From: Methylacidimicrobium fagopyrum
GTDB taxonomy: Bacteria > Verrucomicrobiota > Verrucomicrobiia > Limisphaerales > UBA11358
NCBI GenBank assembly: GCA_026225255.1
Contig: JAMFSJ010000043.1
Span: 23,597-87,596, forward strand
Reading direction: 5' to 3'
DNA length: 64,000 nt
Under the pieces are notes generated by a model. That model was not told the DNA's origin. It saw nothing but the letters and a program-made list of their open reading frames with translations, and did not search any database. Below, one piece after another: positions 30,005-40,122 of this stretch. A program made the translations under genes and the position numbers. How positions within the stretch are numbered: position 1 is the first letter of the stretch; each line of letters begins with the position of its first letter.

Positions 30005-31021
30005 TCATTCGCCACCGAGCTTCTTTTCCCACGCCGCGACCTTTTTCAACAAATCAGGCAAACGTAGCATGGCCAGCATTACACGTTTCGCTTGTTTGTC
30101 CGGTTGCGCGGGCGCGCCCAGCCAGGTTTCGCCGTCGGGAATATTGTGCATCACGCCGGACTTGGAACCGACGGTGACTTGGTTGCCGATTTTCAAATGA
30201 CCGGCGATGCCGACTTGACCCGCGAGCACCACGTATTTACCCATCGTCGCGCTGCCGGCGATGCCGACTTGCGCGCAGAGAATGGAATGATCGCCGATCT
30301 CGACGTTGTGCGCGACTTGCACGAGGTTGTCAATTTTCGTGCCTTTGCCGATGATGGTCGAGCCGAGCGCGCCGCGATCCACGGAAGAATTGGATCCGAT
30401 CTCCACATCGTCGCCGATGATGACATTGCCGACCTGCGGGACTTTGCGATGAAAGCCGTTGTCAAAAACGTAACCAAATCCGTCCGAGCCGATGACCGTG
30501 CCGGCGTGGAGCCGAACGCGTTTGCCGATCTGCGAACGCGAATAGATCGTGACGTTGGGAAACAGATTCGTTTCGTCGCCGAGCACCGCATCGTCGCCGA
30601 TAAAATTGTTCGCCTGCAACGCGCAGTGTGCGCCGATGATGACGCGTTCGCCGATCGTGCAATGCGGGCCGATGTGCGCGGTCGGATCAATCTGCGCGGA
30701 CGCCGCGATGACGGCGCTGGGATGAATGCCGGGCGCAAATTTTGGTTCCGGGAAAAAGTGCGCGAGCGCTTTGGCAAAAGCGATGCGCGCATTCGGAACG
30801 TGGATCAAAATTTTCTGCGTGGATGAAAATTTCTTCTCCGCGATGATCGCGGTGGCCGCGCTTTTTTCAGCGGCAAGAAAGTATTCTTCGTTCTCGGCAA
30901 AGGTCAGGTCGCCCGCTTTCGCGCGCGGGGCATCGGCAAAACCGGTGAGCGTGGCGGACGGGTCGCCGACGACTTCGCCCGCGAGCAATTGAGCAATTTC
31001 AGCAGTGGTGGTTGAGGCCAT
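30005..31021 (-). CDS. lpxD: UDP-3-O-acylglucosamine N-acyltransferase
   Basis: LpxD-like N-terminal domain followed by left-handed beta-helix hexapeptide repeats and GFGY. It aligns by eye along the whole length with E. coli LpxD. Confidence 0.9.
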   Translation of the reverse strand: MASTTTAEIAQLLAGEVVGDPSATLTGFADAPRAKAGDLTFAENEEYFLAAEKSAATAIIAEKKFSSTQKILIHVPNARIAFAKALAHFFPEPKFAPGIHPSAVIAASAQIDPTAHIGPHCTIGERVIIGAHCALQANNFIGDDAVLGDETNLFPNVTIYSRSQIGKRVRLHAGTVIGSDGFGYVFDNGFHRKVPQVGNVIIGDDVEIGSNSSVDRGALGSTIIGKGTKIDNLVQVAHNVEIGDHSILCAQVGIAGSATMGKYVVLAGQVGIAGHLKIGNQVTVGSKSGVMHNIPDGETWLGAPAQPDKQAKRVMLAMLRLPDLLKKVAAWEKKLGGE

Positions 31022-31112
31022 GTCGTCTCAAGATACGCGCAAGAACGGCCAGTTCAAAACCAAAAGAATGAGCCGTCAACCACCTGAAATGAAAATTTTC
31101 GCGGAAGTTAAA

Positions 31113-31736
31113 TTAATTCGCCGGTTTAACCGTCTTATAAATCTTTGGCAATTTCCCCACGCCAGTTTTAACGGGTCTGAACCAATAGTTGCGAAATCCG
31201 CCGCCGCCCGCCGACTCACTCAATCTTTCGGAATGCAAAACTTTTTTGGAGCTGATATCAAAAAAGACCACGTAGAAACAGCCCGTTGCCTGGGCTTTGA
31301 CCAATCGGTCCATGATGAACACCAGACCCGTGCCCTGCGTGTGCTTCAACTGGTAGGAAGCGATGATGCTGGCAATGTCGGCATCGGTGATGTGCGTGGG
31401 CGTCACTTTTTCAGCGCGGGTGCCGTCTTCGCGTTCAATTTGATTGGTGCTGGCTTGGTCGTTGCGGGCTTTGACGGCATCCAAGTCGCTTTCAACGGAG
31501 GGTTCCATGGCTTCCAATTTGGGCATCATCTCCGCCATAAAGAGTCCGTTCCATTCTTGCAGAGCGCCGGGGAAAATTTGATCCGGTTTGCGAAAATCCA
31601 AGGTGCCGATCATTTTGACCTTGGAATAATCTAAGCCGCACCAGACTAACGGGTGGGGCAAACTGTTTTCTGCGGCGCGCGTCAGTCCGCCCAAGGCTAA
31701 GAGGAGCAATAAGGAAACGGTCAGGATTTTCTTCAT
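31113..31736 (-). CDS. Hypothetical secreted protein
   Basis: Signal peptide MKKILTVSLLLLLALGGLTRA. I recognise no family. Confidence 0.55.
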   Translation of the reverse strand: MKKILTVSLLLLLALGGLTRAAENSLPHPLVWCGLDYSKVKMIGTLDFRKPDQIFPGALQEWNGLFMAEMMPKLEAMEPSVESDLDAVKARNDQASTNQIEREDGTRAEKVTPTHITDADIASIIASYQLKHTQGTGLVFIMDRLVKAQATGCFYVVFFDISSKKVLHSERLSESAGGGGFRNYWFRPVKTGVGKLPKIYKTVKPAN

Positions 31737-31884
31737 AATTGGTTAATTTTATTTTTAAGGCCTTAAATCTCTAGCCAAGTTGATTACTTTGCAAGCCGGA
31801 TGTTGCTTTCCTGCCGCCGACTGCACGGCGACGCTTGCTTGTTCGCATCATATATTGTTGAATGCGCCCGCGTTTTACGCAGCC

Positions 31885-33459
31885 ATGATTGAACTTAACG
31901 GACACCAACTTTCCATCCCCGAAGTCTGGCAGATTGCTTCGCTGAAAAATTCCTGCGTGCTCGCCGATGAGGCGCGTCCGCTCATCCGCCGCAGCCGCGA
32001 ACTCGTCGAATCCCTCGCCGCCCAGCCACGCGCGATCTACGGCATCAATACCGGCTTCGGCCCGTTGAGCGGCTTTCGCATTGATGGCAATGATCAGGCG
32101 CAGCATCAAATCAATCTGCTGCACCATCTCACCGTCGGCCAAGGTGCGTTGTATTCCGAAAGCGAAACTCGCGCCATCATGCTTGCCCGCGCGAACACTT
32201 TGGCACGCGGCTTTTCCGGCATCCGCGAAGAAGTCATCGAGCTGTTGCTCACCGCGTTGGACCAAAATGTTTTGCCCGAAATTCCCAGCGAAGGTTCCGT
32301 CGGCGCCAGCGGCGATCTCGTGCCGCTCGCACACATGGCCGGCCTGCTCGTCGGCAACGGCTTTGTCCGTTTTAACGGTGAAAAAATTTCCGCCGCCGCC
32401 GCGTTAGAAAAAATCAATCGCGCACCCGCCGTTTTGCGCGCCAAGGAAGGCCTCGCGCTTGTCAATGGCACTTCCGTGATGACCGGTCTCGCCGCGTTGT
32501 CCGCGCACGAATCACAAAAGATCGTGCGCTGGATGGAATTGCTGACGGCGTGTCTGTTTCAAGTGCTCAACGGCGAACCCGAAGTTCTGTGCCAGCAGAT
32601 TCACAAGGCGCGCGGCTTTCGCGGTCAGTCGCTTACGGCACGGCGCATCAGCGATTCGCTCCGCACGCATCCCGATTTCGCGAAGCGCATTGACGAGCAT
32701 CAATGGGGTTCGCAGGCCAAGCCGATCGAACCGGGCGCAGAGATTCAAGATCCGTATTCGTTGCGTTGTGCGCCCCAAGTCATCGGCGCATTTCAGGAAG
32801 CGCACTGGCACGTCGAGGAAGTCATCACGCGCGAACTCAATGCCAGCACGGATAATCCACTGATTTTTCCCGACACGGAAATGGTCATCCACGGTGGCAA
32901 TTTTTATGGTCAACAGATCGCGATGGTCAGCGATTACGAACGCATTGGCTTGATCAAAACCGCGCTGCTCGCCGAGCGCCAGATCGAGCGGCTCGTGAAC
33001 TGGCGTTACAGTCGCGGCCTGTCGCCGATGCTCGCCGGGGGTGCGCCCGGATTAAATTCTGGTTTCAGCGGCGCTCAATTGCTCGCAACCTCACTCGCGG
33101 CGGATTTGCGTTTGCTTGGCACGGCGGCCTCGATCCAGACCATTTCAACCAACGCGAATAATCAGGACGTCGTCAGCATGGGTTGCACGGCGGCGAAGAT
33201 GACCCGCACCGCGTTGCCGCTCGCGTGGAAAATTCTCGCCATCGAAGCCCTCGCGCTCGTGCAAGCGGCGGATTTACGGGCGCCGAAAAACGTCATGGGC
33301 GGCGATTACAAAAAACTTTATGACCTTGTGCGCAGCCTTTCTCCGAAGCTGGAAAACGATCGTCCGCTCGTCGGTGACATTGAGCGCGTGACGGAGATGT
33401 TGCAATCCGAAGAAGCACAGAAAACGCTCGGATTGGACAAGAATTATGAGTCGGAGTAA
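31885..33459 (+). CDS. Aromatic amino acid ammonia-lyase (HAL/PAL/TAL family), predicted tyrosine ammonia-lyase
   Basis: MIO-forming GSVGASGDLVPLAH motif. The selectivity-switch position reads His-Leu (NLLHHLTVGQG), the TAL-type pair, rather than Ser-His (HAL) or Phe-Leu (PAL). ATG 31885. Confidence 0.8.
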   Translation: MIELNGHQLSIPEVWQIASLKNSCVLADEARPLIRRSRELVESLAAQPRAIYGINTGFGPLSGFRIDGNDQAQHQINLLHHLTVGQGALYSESETRAIMLARANTLARGFSGIREEVIELLLTALDQNVLPEIPSEGSVGASGDLVPLAHMAGLLVGNGFVRFNGEKISAAAALEKINRAPAVLRAKEGLALVNGTSVMTGLAALSAHESQKIVRWMELLTACLFQVLNGEPEVLCQQIHKARGFRGQSLTARRISDSLRTHPDFAKRIDEHQWGSQAKPIEPGAEIQDPYSLRCAPQVIGAFQEAHWHVEEVITRELNASTDNPLIFPDTEMVIHGGNFYGQQIAMVSDYERIGLIKTALLAERQIERLVNWRYSRGLSPMLAGGAPGLNSGFSGAQLLATSLAADLRLLGTAASIQTISTNANNQDVVSMGCTAAKMTRTALPLAWKILAIEALALVQAADLRAPKNVMGGDYKKLYDLVRSLSPKLENDRPLVGDIERVTEMLQSEEAQKTLGLDKNYESE

Positions 33460-33475
33460 GGCGGCAAATGCGCTG

Positions 33476-33630
33476 GGTGGCACAGGCCTCTGGCCTGTCG
33501 TTTCGGGCGTCCCGCCCGAAACCGTTTGTGGCATGAAAGATTTTAGGTTGGCGCGTGCCAAACAACTATGTAAGTCATAAACGAAATTCGGCGAGACGCC
33601 GGATTTTACAGGCGGGACGCCTGTGCCACC
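33476..33630. repeat. Inverted pair of hairpin elements between the ammonia-lyase and halogenase genes
   Basis: ggtggcacaggc (33476-87) and gcctgtgccacc (33619-30). Each is followed inward by an acaggc-N5-gcctgt hairpin with a different loop. Confidence 0.8.
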
Positions 33631-33643
33631 AATTTTTTTAATT

Positions 33644-34867
33644 ATGAATCAGATAGAAACGGACGTTTTGATCATCGGGGCCGGCCCAGCCGGTTCAGTG
33701 GCTGCTTCAATTTTGCAGCGCGAAGGTTTTCGCGTGCTCGTCGTCGAGAAACAACAATTCCCCCGTTTCGTCATCGGCGAAAGCATGTTGCCCATCAGCA
33801 TGAATCTGCTCGCGGATGCCGGCTTGCTCGAAGCCGTGCAGCAGCAAAATTTCATGCGCAAGAACGGCGCGGTTTTTTTGCGCGGCGATGAAGTCTGCAA
33901 TTTTGATTTCTCCAGCCAGTTCACGGATGGTTGGAATTTTACCTATCAAGTCCCGCGCGCTGATTTTGACAAGACGCTAGCTGACACGGTTGCCGCCCGC
34001 GGCGTGGAAATTTTATATCGTCACGGCGTCACGACCGTGAAATTTGAACCCACTCACGCTGCCGCCACGATTGAGAAACCGGATGGCACGAAGTTCGAAG
34101 TGAAGGCGAAATTCATTTTCGACGCCAGCGGTTATGGTCGTGTGCTGCCACGGTTGTTGGATCTAGAAACGCCGTCGAAATTTCCGCAACGCGCCGCGTT
34201 GTTCACGCACATCACCGGCGATATTCGCCCGGCGGGCAGCGAGGAAGGAAAAATTTGGGTCTGCCTGCATCCGCAAGGCGCGTGGATCTGGATCATTCCA
34301 TTTTCCAACGGCAAGACGAGCGTCGGCGTTGTGGCGGGCGCAGAATTTTTTGATCAATTTCCCGGCGAACTGGACGCGCAATTGCGCGCAATTTTAACGA
34401 GTGATCCCAATGCGGCGAAGCGGCTCGCGAAAATGGAATTTGCCATGCCGGCGCAACGCATCAGCGGCTATGCGTGTTCGGTGAAACAGCTTTTCGGCGA
34501 ACGTTTCGTGCTCGTTGGCAACGCGACGGAATTTCTCGATCCAGTTTTCAGTTCCGGCGTGGCGCTCGCGCTCGCCTCCTCGCAACGCGCGGCGAAGATT
34601 TTAGTGCGGCAGTTGCGCGGTGAAACCGTGGACTGGCAAACGGAATATGCCGATCACGTCATGCAAGGCATCAATACGTTTCGCGCCTACGTCGCGGCGT
34701 GGTATGACGACAAATTGCCGACGATCTTCTTCGCTGCTAATCGCAATCCCGACATCATGCGGCAAATCTGTTCGGTGCTCGCCGGTTATGTCTGGGACAA
34801 ATCCAACCCGTATGTGGCGCAAGCCGATCGCGCGTTGGGATTGCTGGCGAAGATTTTGAAGCGCTAA
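33644..34867 (+). CDS. Flavin-dependent halogenase-like FAD-binding protein
   Basis: GAGPAGS dinucleotide motif, a W-x-W-x-I-P motif (GAWIWIIPF), F-x-x-P-x-x-S-x-G (FLDPVFSSG), and a candidate catalytic Lys in FMRKNGAVF. Confidence 0.7.
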   Translation: MNQIETDVLIIGAGPAGSVAASILQREGFRVLVVEKQQFPRFVIGESMLPISMNLLADAGLLEAVQQQNFMRKNGAVFLRGDEVCNFDFSSQFTDGWNFTYQVPRADFDKTLADTVAARGVEILYRHGVTTVKFEPTHAAATIEKPDGTKFEVKAKFIFDASGYGRVLPRLLDLETPSKFPQRAALFTHITGDIRPAGSEEGKIWVCLHPQGAWIWIIPFSNGKTSVGVVAGAEFFDQFPGELDAQLRAILTSDPNAAKRLAKMEFAMPAQRISGYACSVKQLFGERFVLVGNATEFLDPVFSSGVALALASSQRAAKILVRQLRGETVDWQTEYADHVMQGINTFRAYVAAWYDDKLPTIFFAANRNPDIMRQICSVLAGYVWDKSNPYVAQADRALGLLAKILKR

Positions 34868-34906
34868 ATTTTTCAACGCTAATCTGCACTAATCTTTGGC
34901 TGATTC
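34868..34906. repeat. Same motif family after the halogenase-like gene stop
   Basis: taa-atttttcaa cgctaatctg cactaatctt tggctgattc. Confidence 0.8.
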
Positions 34907-35081
34907 AAAAACGGTAAGGGCAACGCAGCGCGGGTCGGCGCCCCCAGCCGGGCTCAATTTTCAAGAAGTTTACATTCGGTTTCAACGCATGCTGACTGAG
35001 CACGCTTCTGCGGGTGGCTAGTCGCGCTCCTGAAAATAGTTGACTGGTTGGATAAATTGAATAATAGTGTGCGGGTTGGAA

Positions 35082-35097
35082 GTAACTGGTTAGTTAC
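35082..35097. promoter_or_regulatory. Candidate TetR operator palindrome
   Basis: gtaact-ggtt-agttac (6-bp arms), 25 bp upstream of the TetR ATG and upstream of the efflux operon. Confidence 0.45.
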
Positions 35098-35121
35098 ATT
35101 GTGGGTTTAAAATAAAACTTT

Positions 35122-35721
35122 ATGGGCCGCGTCAGTGATGCCAAAGAAAAGCTGCTTGCCGTAGCGTTTGATCTCATTCATGAGAGCAGCTACGGCACGG
35201 TGAGCGTGGATACCATCTGCAAACGTGCGCAGGTCAATAAGGGCAGTTTTTACTACTTTTTCAAATCCAAGGCGGACTTGGTAGTGGCCGCCTACGAAGA
35301 AAATTGGCGGCTGAAGGAATCAAATTACGAACGCATTTTTTCCAACCTAAATCCTCCGTTAAAACGGCTGGAATTGTGGTGTGAATACATTCGCGAGACG
35401 CAGAAACAGCGCGAGAAAAAATACGGCCACGTTTGTGGTTGCCCGTATGCCAGCGTCGGTGGTGAGCTCGCGACCCAAGATAAAAAAGTGCGGGCTTCCG
35501 CGCAAAATCTCGTGACGCGCCATGTAAAATATCTGGTTGGCACCATTGGTGATGCCATGCTTGGCGGTGATGCCGCGGCAGGCGACGCGCAGGTAAAAGC
35601 CGAATTAGTGCACGCGTTTGTCATCGGCCTGTTGCTCCGGGCAAAGATTTACAACGACTTGAAAATTTTACGCCATCTGGATGAAGGCGTGTTTGCTCTG
35701 GTTGGAGCGAAACTACAATAA
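35122..35721 (+). CDS. TetR family transcriptional regulator
   Basis: N-terminal TetR HTH (YGTVSVDTICKRAQVNKGSFYYFFKSKADL). Confidence 0.85.
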   Translation: MGRVSDAKEKLLAVAFDLIHESSYGTVSVDTICKRAQVNKGSFYYFFKSKADLVVAAYEENWRLKESNYERIFSNLNPPLKRLELWCEYIRETQKQREKKYGHVCGCPYASVGGELATQDKKVRASAQNLVTRHVKYLVGTIGDAMLGGDAAAGDAQVKAELVHAFVIGLLLRAKIYNDLKILRHLDEGVFALVGAKLQ

Positions 35722-35764
35722 CCTTCCTGCTTTTCCCGGGGAACGTCTGACTTGATTTAATTTT

Positions 35765-38700
35765 ATGTGGATTGTCCGTTTAGCTTTGAACCGGCCCTAC
35801 ACCTTTGTGGTGGCCGCGTTATTATTGGTGTTGATGACGCCGCTGATTCTGCTGCGGACGCCGACGGATATTTTTCCGGCGATCAATATTCCCGTCATCA
35901 GCATCGTGTGGCAATACGCCGGGTTGGACTCGCAACAATTTGAGCAACGCATCACCTACACGCACGAACGCGTGATCAGCGTTACGGTTAATAACGTCGA
36001 ACACATCGAATCCACTTCGTATAACGGCATCGGCGTGGTGAAAGTCTTTTTGCAACACGGCGCGTCCGTGGATGCGGCGGTCGCGCAGATCACGGCTTCC
36101 GCGCAAACGGTGTTGCGCCAGATGCCGCCCGGCATGCAGCCGCCGTTGATCATCCAATACAACGCGTCGTCCGTGCCGATCTCGCAATACGCTTTCAGCA
36201 GTTCGAAAATGTCGGAACAGGAATTGTTCGACGTGACCGCAAATCAGGTGCGCGTCGGACTCTCCACCACGCCGGGCGCGATGATTCCGTGGCCATACGG
36301 CGGTAAGCAGCGCGTCGTTGCGGTGGATTTGAATCTCGCCGCGTTGAAGGCGAAAAATCTTTTACCGCAGGATGTCGTCAATGCGTTGAACGCGCAGAAT
36401 CTGGTCTTGCCCAGCGGCACGGCCAAAATTGGCGGCACGGAATATGACGTCGCCGTGGACGCGAATGCGCGCGTCATTGATGACCTGAACCATTTGCCGA
36501 TCAAGGTCGTCAACGGCGCGACGATCTACATGAACGACGTGGCACAAGTGCATGACGGCTACACGCCGCAACAAAATGCCGTGCGTCAAGATGGCGTGCG
36601 TGGCGCGTTGCTGACGGTGATGAAAGCCGGCAATGCTTCGACGCTGGACGTCGTCGCCGGTGTCAAAGCCGCGTTGCCCGCCGTAATGGCCACGGTCACA
36701 TCGGATCTGCACGTCAAAGAATTTGCCGATCAATCACTCTTCGTGCGCGCCGCGATCAGTGGTGTTTTACGCGAAGGCGTGATCGCGGCTGCGCTGACCG
36801 CATTGATGATTTTGCTGTTTCTCGGTTCCTGGCGCAGCACGCTCATCATCGCGCTTTCAATTCCGTTGTCCGTGTTGTGTTCGCTCGCGACGTTGAGCGC
36901 ACTCGGCGAGACGATCAACTTGATGACGCTCGGCGGTCTGGCGTTGGCGGTCGGCATTCTCGTGGACGACGCGACGGTCGCGATCGAAAATATTCATCAC
37001 CACATGGCGTCGGGCAAACCGCTGGAAGAATCCATTTTGGTCGGCGCACAGGAAATCGCGTTGCCCGCCTTCGTCTCGACGTTGTGTATTTGTATCGTGT
37101 TCGTGCCGATGTTTTTTCTCGCTGGCGTCGCGCGTTATCTGTTCGTGCCGTTGGCGGAAGCCGTCGTGTTTGCGATGCTCGCGAGCTATTTGATTTCGCG
37201 AACGCTGGTGCCGACGCTCGTCATGTGGTTTTATCGCAACGTCGAACTTTACGGGCACGGCACGCCGGACGATTCTAAAACGCCGTGGCTGGTGCGTCCG
37301 TTCGTAAAATTTCAACGCGGGTTTGAAAACTTTTTCGAGCGTTTTCGCAATGGCTATCGCGCGTTGCTCTCAAGCTGTTTCGAACATCGCACGCCGTTCG
37401 CGCTGGGCTTTCTCGGATTTTGTATCGCTTCATGGTTGTTGTTTTTTGCGTTAGGCCGCGACTTTTTTCCGAGCGTGGACGGCGGCCAATTCTTGCTCCA
37501 CATCCGCGCCCATACCGGCACGCGCATTGAAGAAACGGAACGCCTTGCCGATCAGGTGAATCAAGTAATTCATCGCACGATTCCGGCCCGTGATTTGAGT
37601 GGTATTCTGGACAATATCGGCATTCCGAATTCCTCAATTAATTTGAGCTACAACACCAGCGGCGTCATCGGGCCGGGCGATGCGGATATTCTTGTGCAAT
37701 TAAAACCCGGTCATGCGCCGACGGAAAATTACGTCCGTGAATTACGCAAAAGTTTAGCCCGCGAATTTCCCGGCGTGATGGTTTATTTTTTGCCGGCGGA
37801 CATCGTCAGCCAGACGTTGAACTTCGGTTTGCCCGCACCGTTCGACGTGCAGATCGTCGGGCGCAATCAAGTTGCCAATCACGCGGCGGCGGTGAAATTG
37901 GCTGAGGAAATCAAAAAAGTTTCCGGCGCAGTGGACGTGCATGTGCAGCAGCCGAATGATTGGCCGCAACTCCGCATCACGGTGGATCGTTCCAAAGCCG
38001 CCGACCTTGGTTTGACGGAACAGAACGTGGCGAATTCCGTGTTGCTCGGTTTGAGCGGCAGCGCGCAGGTGTCGCCCGCTTACTGGCTAAATCCGGTCAT
38101 GGGCGTGCAATACACGATCAACGTGCGCGCGCCCGAATACGCGATGGATTCGGTGAAGGAATTGAACGCGTTGCCGATCAGTTCCGGTCGACCAGGCGAA
38201 AGCGCGCAGATTCTCGCGAACCTCGCGAAGATTGATCGCGTGAACGTGTCGCCCGTCGTTTCGCATTACGGCGTGCAACCGGTTGTGGATATTTTCGGGA
38301 GCGTTGACGGCCGCGATCTCGGCAGCGTTTTGGACGGCATCCAGCCGCTTGTGGAGAAGGCTAAAAAAGATTTGCCGCGCGGTAGCAGTATTATCGTGCG
38401 CGGTCAGGCGGAAACGATGCACTCCAGCTTTATCGGCTTGGGCGTCGGTTTAGTCGGTGCGATCGTGCTGATTTATTTCCTGCTCGTGATCAATTTTCAA
38501 AACTGGCTCGATCCGTTCATCATCATCACGGCGTTGCCCGGCGCGTTGGCGGGCGTGACGTGGGGATTATTTTTATCGCAGACCACGATGAGCGTGCCTG
38601 CGTTGATGGGCGCGATCATGAGCCTTGGCGTGGCGACGGCGAACTCGGTTTTGGTCGTTAGCTTTGCGCGGGAAAATTTGCATCGCGGCATGAAACCGCT

Positions 38701-38953
38701 CGCCGCTGCGCTGGAAGCGGGCGCGGGCCGTATTCGTCCCGTGTTGATGACCGCAATGGCGATGGTCATCGGTATGTTGCCCATGAGCCTCGGCCTCGGC
38801 GAAGGTGGCGAACAAAACGCGCCACTCGGCCGCGCCGTGATCGGCGGGCTCGTGTTCGCCACGATTGCGACCTTGTTTTTTGTTCCCGTAGTTTTCAGTT
38901 TTATGCACCGGCACCATGAACATCAGCCTAAAAATTTAACGACCACGCCATGA
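35765..38953 (+). CDS. RND efflux transporter, inner-membrane pump (AcrB/HAE1 type)
   Basis: 1062 aa with 12-TM RND architecture and two large periplasmic loops (NRPYTFVVAALLLVL...; LGGLALAVGILVDDATV). Confidence 0.95.
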   Translation: MWIVRLALNRPYTFVVAALLLVLMTPLILLRTPTDIFPAINIPVISIVWQYAGLDSQQFEQRITYTHERVISVTVNNVEHIESTSYNGIGVVKVFLQHGASVDAAVAQITASAQTVLRQMPPGMQPPLIIQYNASSVPISQYAFSSSKMSEQELFDVTANQVRVGLSTTPGAMIPWPYGGKQRVVAVDLNLAALKAKNLLPQDVVNALNAQNLVLPSGTAKIGGTEYDVAVDANARVIDDLNHLPIKVVNGATIYMNDVAQVHDGYTPQQNAVRQDGVRGALLTVMKAGNASTLDVVAGVKAALPAVMATVTSDLHVKEFADQSLFVRAAISGVLREGVIAAALTALMILLFLGSWRSTLIIALSIPLSVLCSLATLSALGETINLMTLGGLALAVGILVDDATVAIENIHHHMASGKPLEESILVGAQEIALPAFVSTLCICIVFVPMFFLAGVARYLFVPLAEAVVFAMLASYLISRTLVPTLVMWFYRNVELYGHGTPDDSKTPWLVRPFVKFQRGFENFFERFRNGYRALLSSCFEHRTPFALGFLGFCIASWLLFFALGRDFFPSVDGGQFLLHIRAHTGTRIEETERLADQVNQVIHRTIPARDLSGILDNIGIPNSSINLSYNTSGVIGPGDADILVQLKPGHAPTENYVRELRKSLAREFPGVMVYFLPADIVSQTLNFGLPAPFDVQIVGRNQVANHAAAVKLAEEIKKVSGAVDVHVQQPNDWPQLRITVDRSKAADLGLTEQNVANSVLLGLSGSAQVSPAYWLNPVMGVQYTINVRAPEYAMDSVKELNALPISSGRPGESAQILANLAKIDRVNVSPVVSHYGVQPVVDIFGSVDGRDLGSVLDGIQPLVEKAKKDLPRGSSIIVRGQAETMHSSFIGLGVGLVGAIVLIYFLLVINFQNWLDPFIIITALPGALAGVTWGLFLSQTTMSVPALMGAIMSLGVATANSVLVVSFARENLHRGMKPLAAALEAGAGRIRPVLMTAMAMVIGMLPMSLGLGEGGEQNAPLGRAVIGGLVFATIATLFFVPVVFSFMHRHHEHQPKNLTTTP

Positions 38954-40122
38954 ACTCAAATACTAATTCATCCGCGCCGCCGCCCGTGAGCTTGGGCAAA
39001 ATTGTCATCATCGTCAGCGTGCTCGTCATCATCGGCTTGGCCGTCGGGCTCGTGCCGCGTTGGAAAGCGCGGCATGCGCTGGTCGCCGAAGAAAAAGCCG
39101 ATTCTGTTTTGACCGTGAACGTCATTGCGCCCGTGCCGTCGAAGCCGGATTTTGGCACGCCGTTGCCGGCGGAAGTGCAACCGTTTATCCAAGCCTCGAT
39201 TCATTCACGCGCCAGCGGTTATCTGAAAAATTGGTATGTGGACATCGGCGACACCGTGACGAACGGCCAGTTGCTCGCGGAGATTGACACGCCGGAATTG
39301 GATCAACAATTGTTGCAGGCCAAGGCGGAATTGGATCAAGCCAAAGCCGGGCTCGCCTTGTCAAAAATCACTTCAGATCGCTGGGTGGACTTGCTTAAGA
39401 CGGCCAGCGTGAGCGAGCAGGAAACCGCTGAAAAGACGAGCGATTTCACCTTGAAACAGGCGCAAGCGGAAGCGGCGGACGCCAATCTGCAACGGCTCGA
39501 ACAGACGAAGGATTTTGATAAACTCACCGCGCCGTTTCCCGGCGTCGTAACGTTGCGCAACACGGACATCGGCCAGCTCATCACGGCGAATAGCGGCGTG
39601 GAATTATTTCGCGTGGCGCAGGTGAATCCGTTGCGCGTGTATGTCCGCGTGCCGCAGCCGCTCATCCATTCCATCACGGTTGGCCAGGTGGCGCAGTTGA
39701 CGTTTCAGGAATTACCGGGCCGCAATTTCGAGGCCAAAGTCACGCGCACCGCGGGCGCCGTGGATCCCAGTTCGCGCACGTTGCAAGTAGAGTTGCAGGT
39801 GGATAATGCGAAGGGTGAAATTCTTTCCGGCAGTTACGCGCAAGCCCGTTTCAACGACACCGGCACCGCCGCCTCCGTGTTGGTGTTGTCTGACAACGCA
39901 CTGATTTTCCGCGCGGAAGGGTTGCAAGTCGCCATTGTTGGCAGCGATAACAAAGTGCAATTACATTCCGTGAAACTCGGTCGCGATTTCGGCAACACGG
40001 TCGAAGTTCTGACGGGCCTCAATGCGGACGACCGCGTCATCAACAATCCGCCGGATTCCATCGCCGAAGGCCAATCCGTGGCCATCGCGAAGCCGACCGA
40101 AACCAACGCTCCGGCCAAATGA
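38950..40122 (+). CDS. RND efflux periplasmic adaptor (membrane fusion protein)
   Basis: N-terminal anchor, lipoyl-like hairpin (GDTVTNGQLLAEIDTPELD), coiled coil and beta-barrel domains. Overlaps the upstream gene by 4 nt. Confidence 0.9.
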   Translation: MNSNTNSSAPPPVSLGKIVIIVSVLVIIGLAVGLVPRWKARHALVAEEKADSVLTVNVIAPVPSKPDFGTPLPAEVQPFIQASIHSRASGYLKNWYVDIGDTVTNGQLLAEIDTPELDQQLLQAKAELDQAKAGLALSKITSDRWVDLLKTASVSEQETAEKTSDFTLKQAQAEAADANLQRLEQTKDFDKLTAPFPGVVTLRNTDIGQLITANSGVELFRVAQVNPLRVYVRVPQPLIHSITVGQVAQLTFQELPGRNFEAKVTRTAGAVDPSSRTLQVELQVDNAKGEILSGSYAQARFNDTGTAASVLVLSDNALIFRAEGLQVAIVGSDNKVQLHSVKLGRDFGNTVEVLTGLNADDRVINNPPDSIAEGQSVAIAKPTETNAPAK

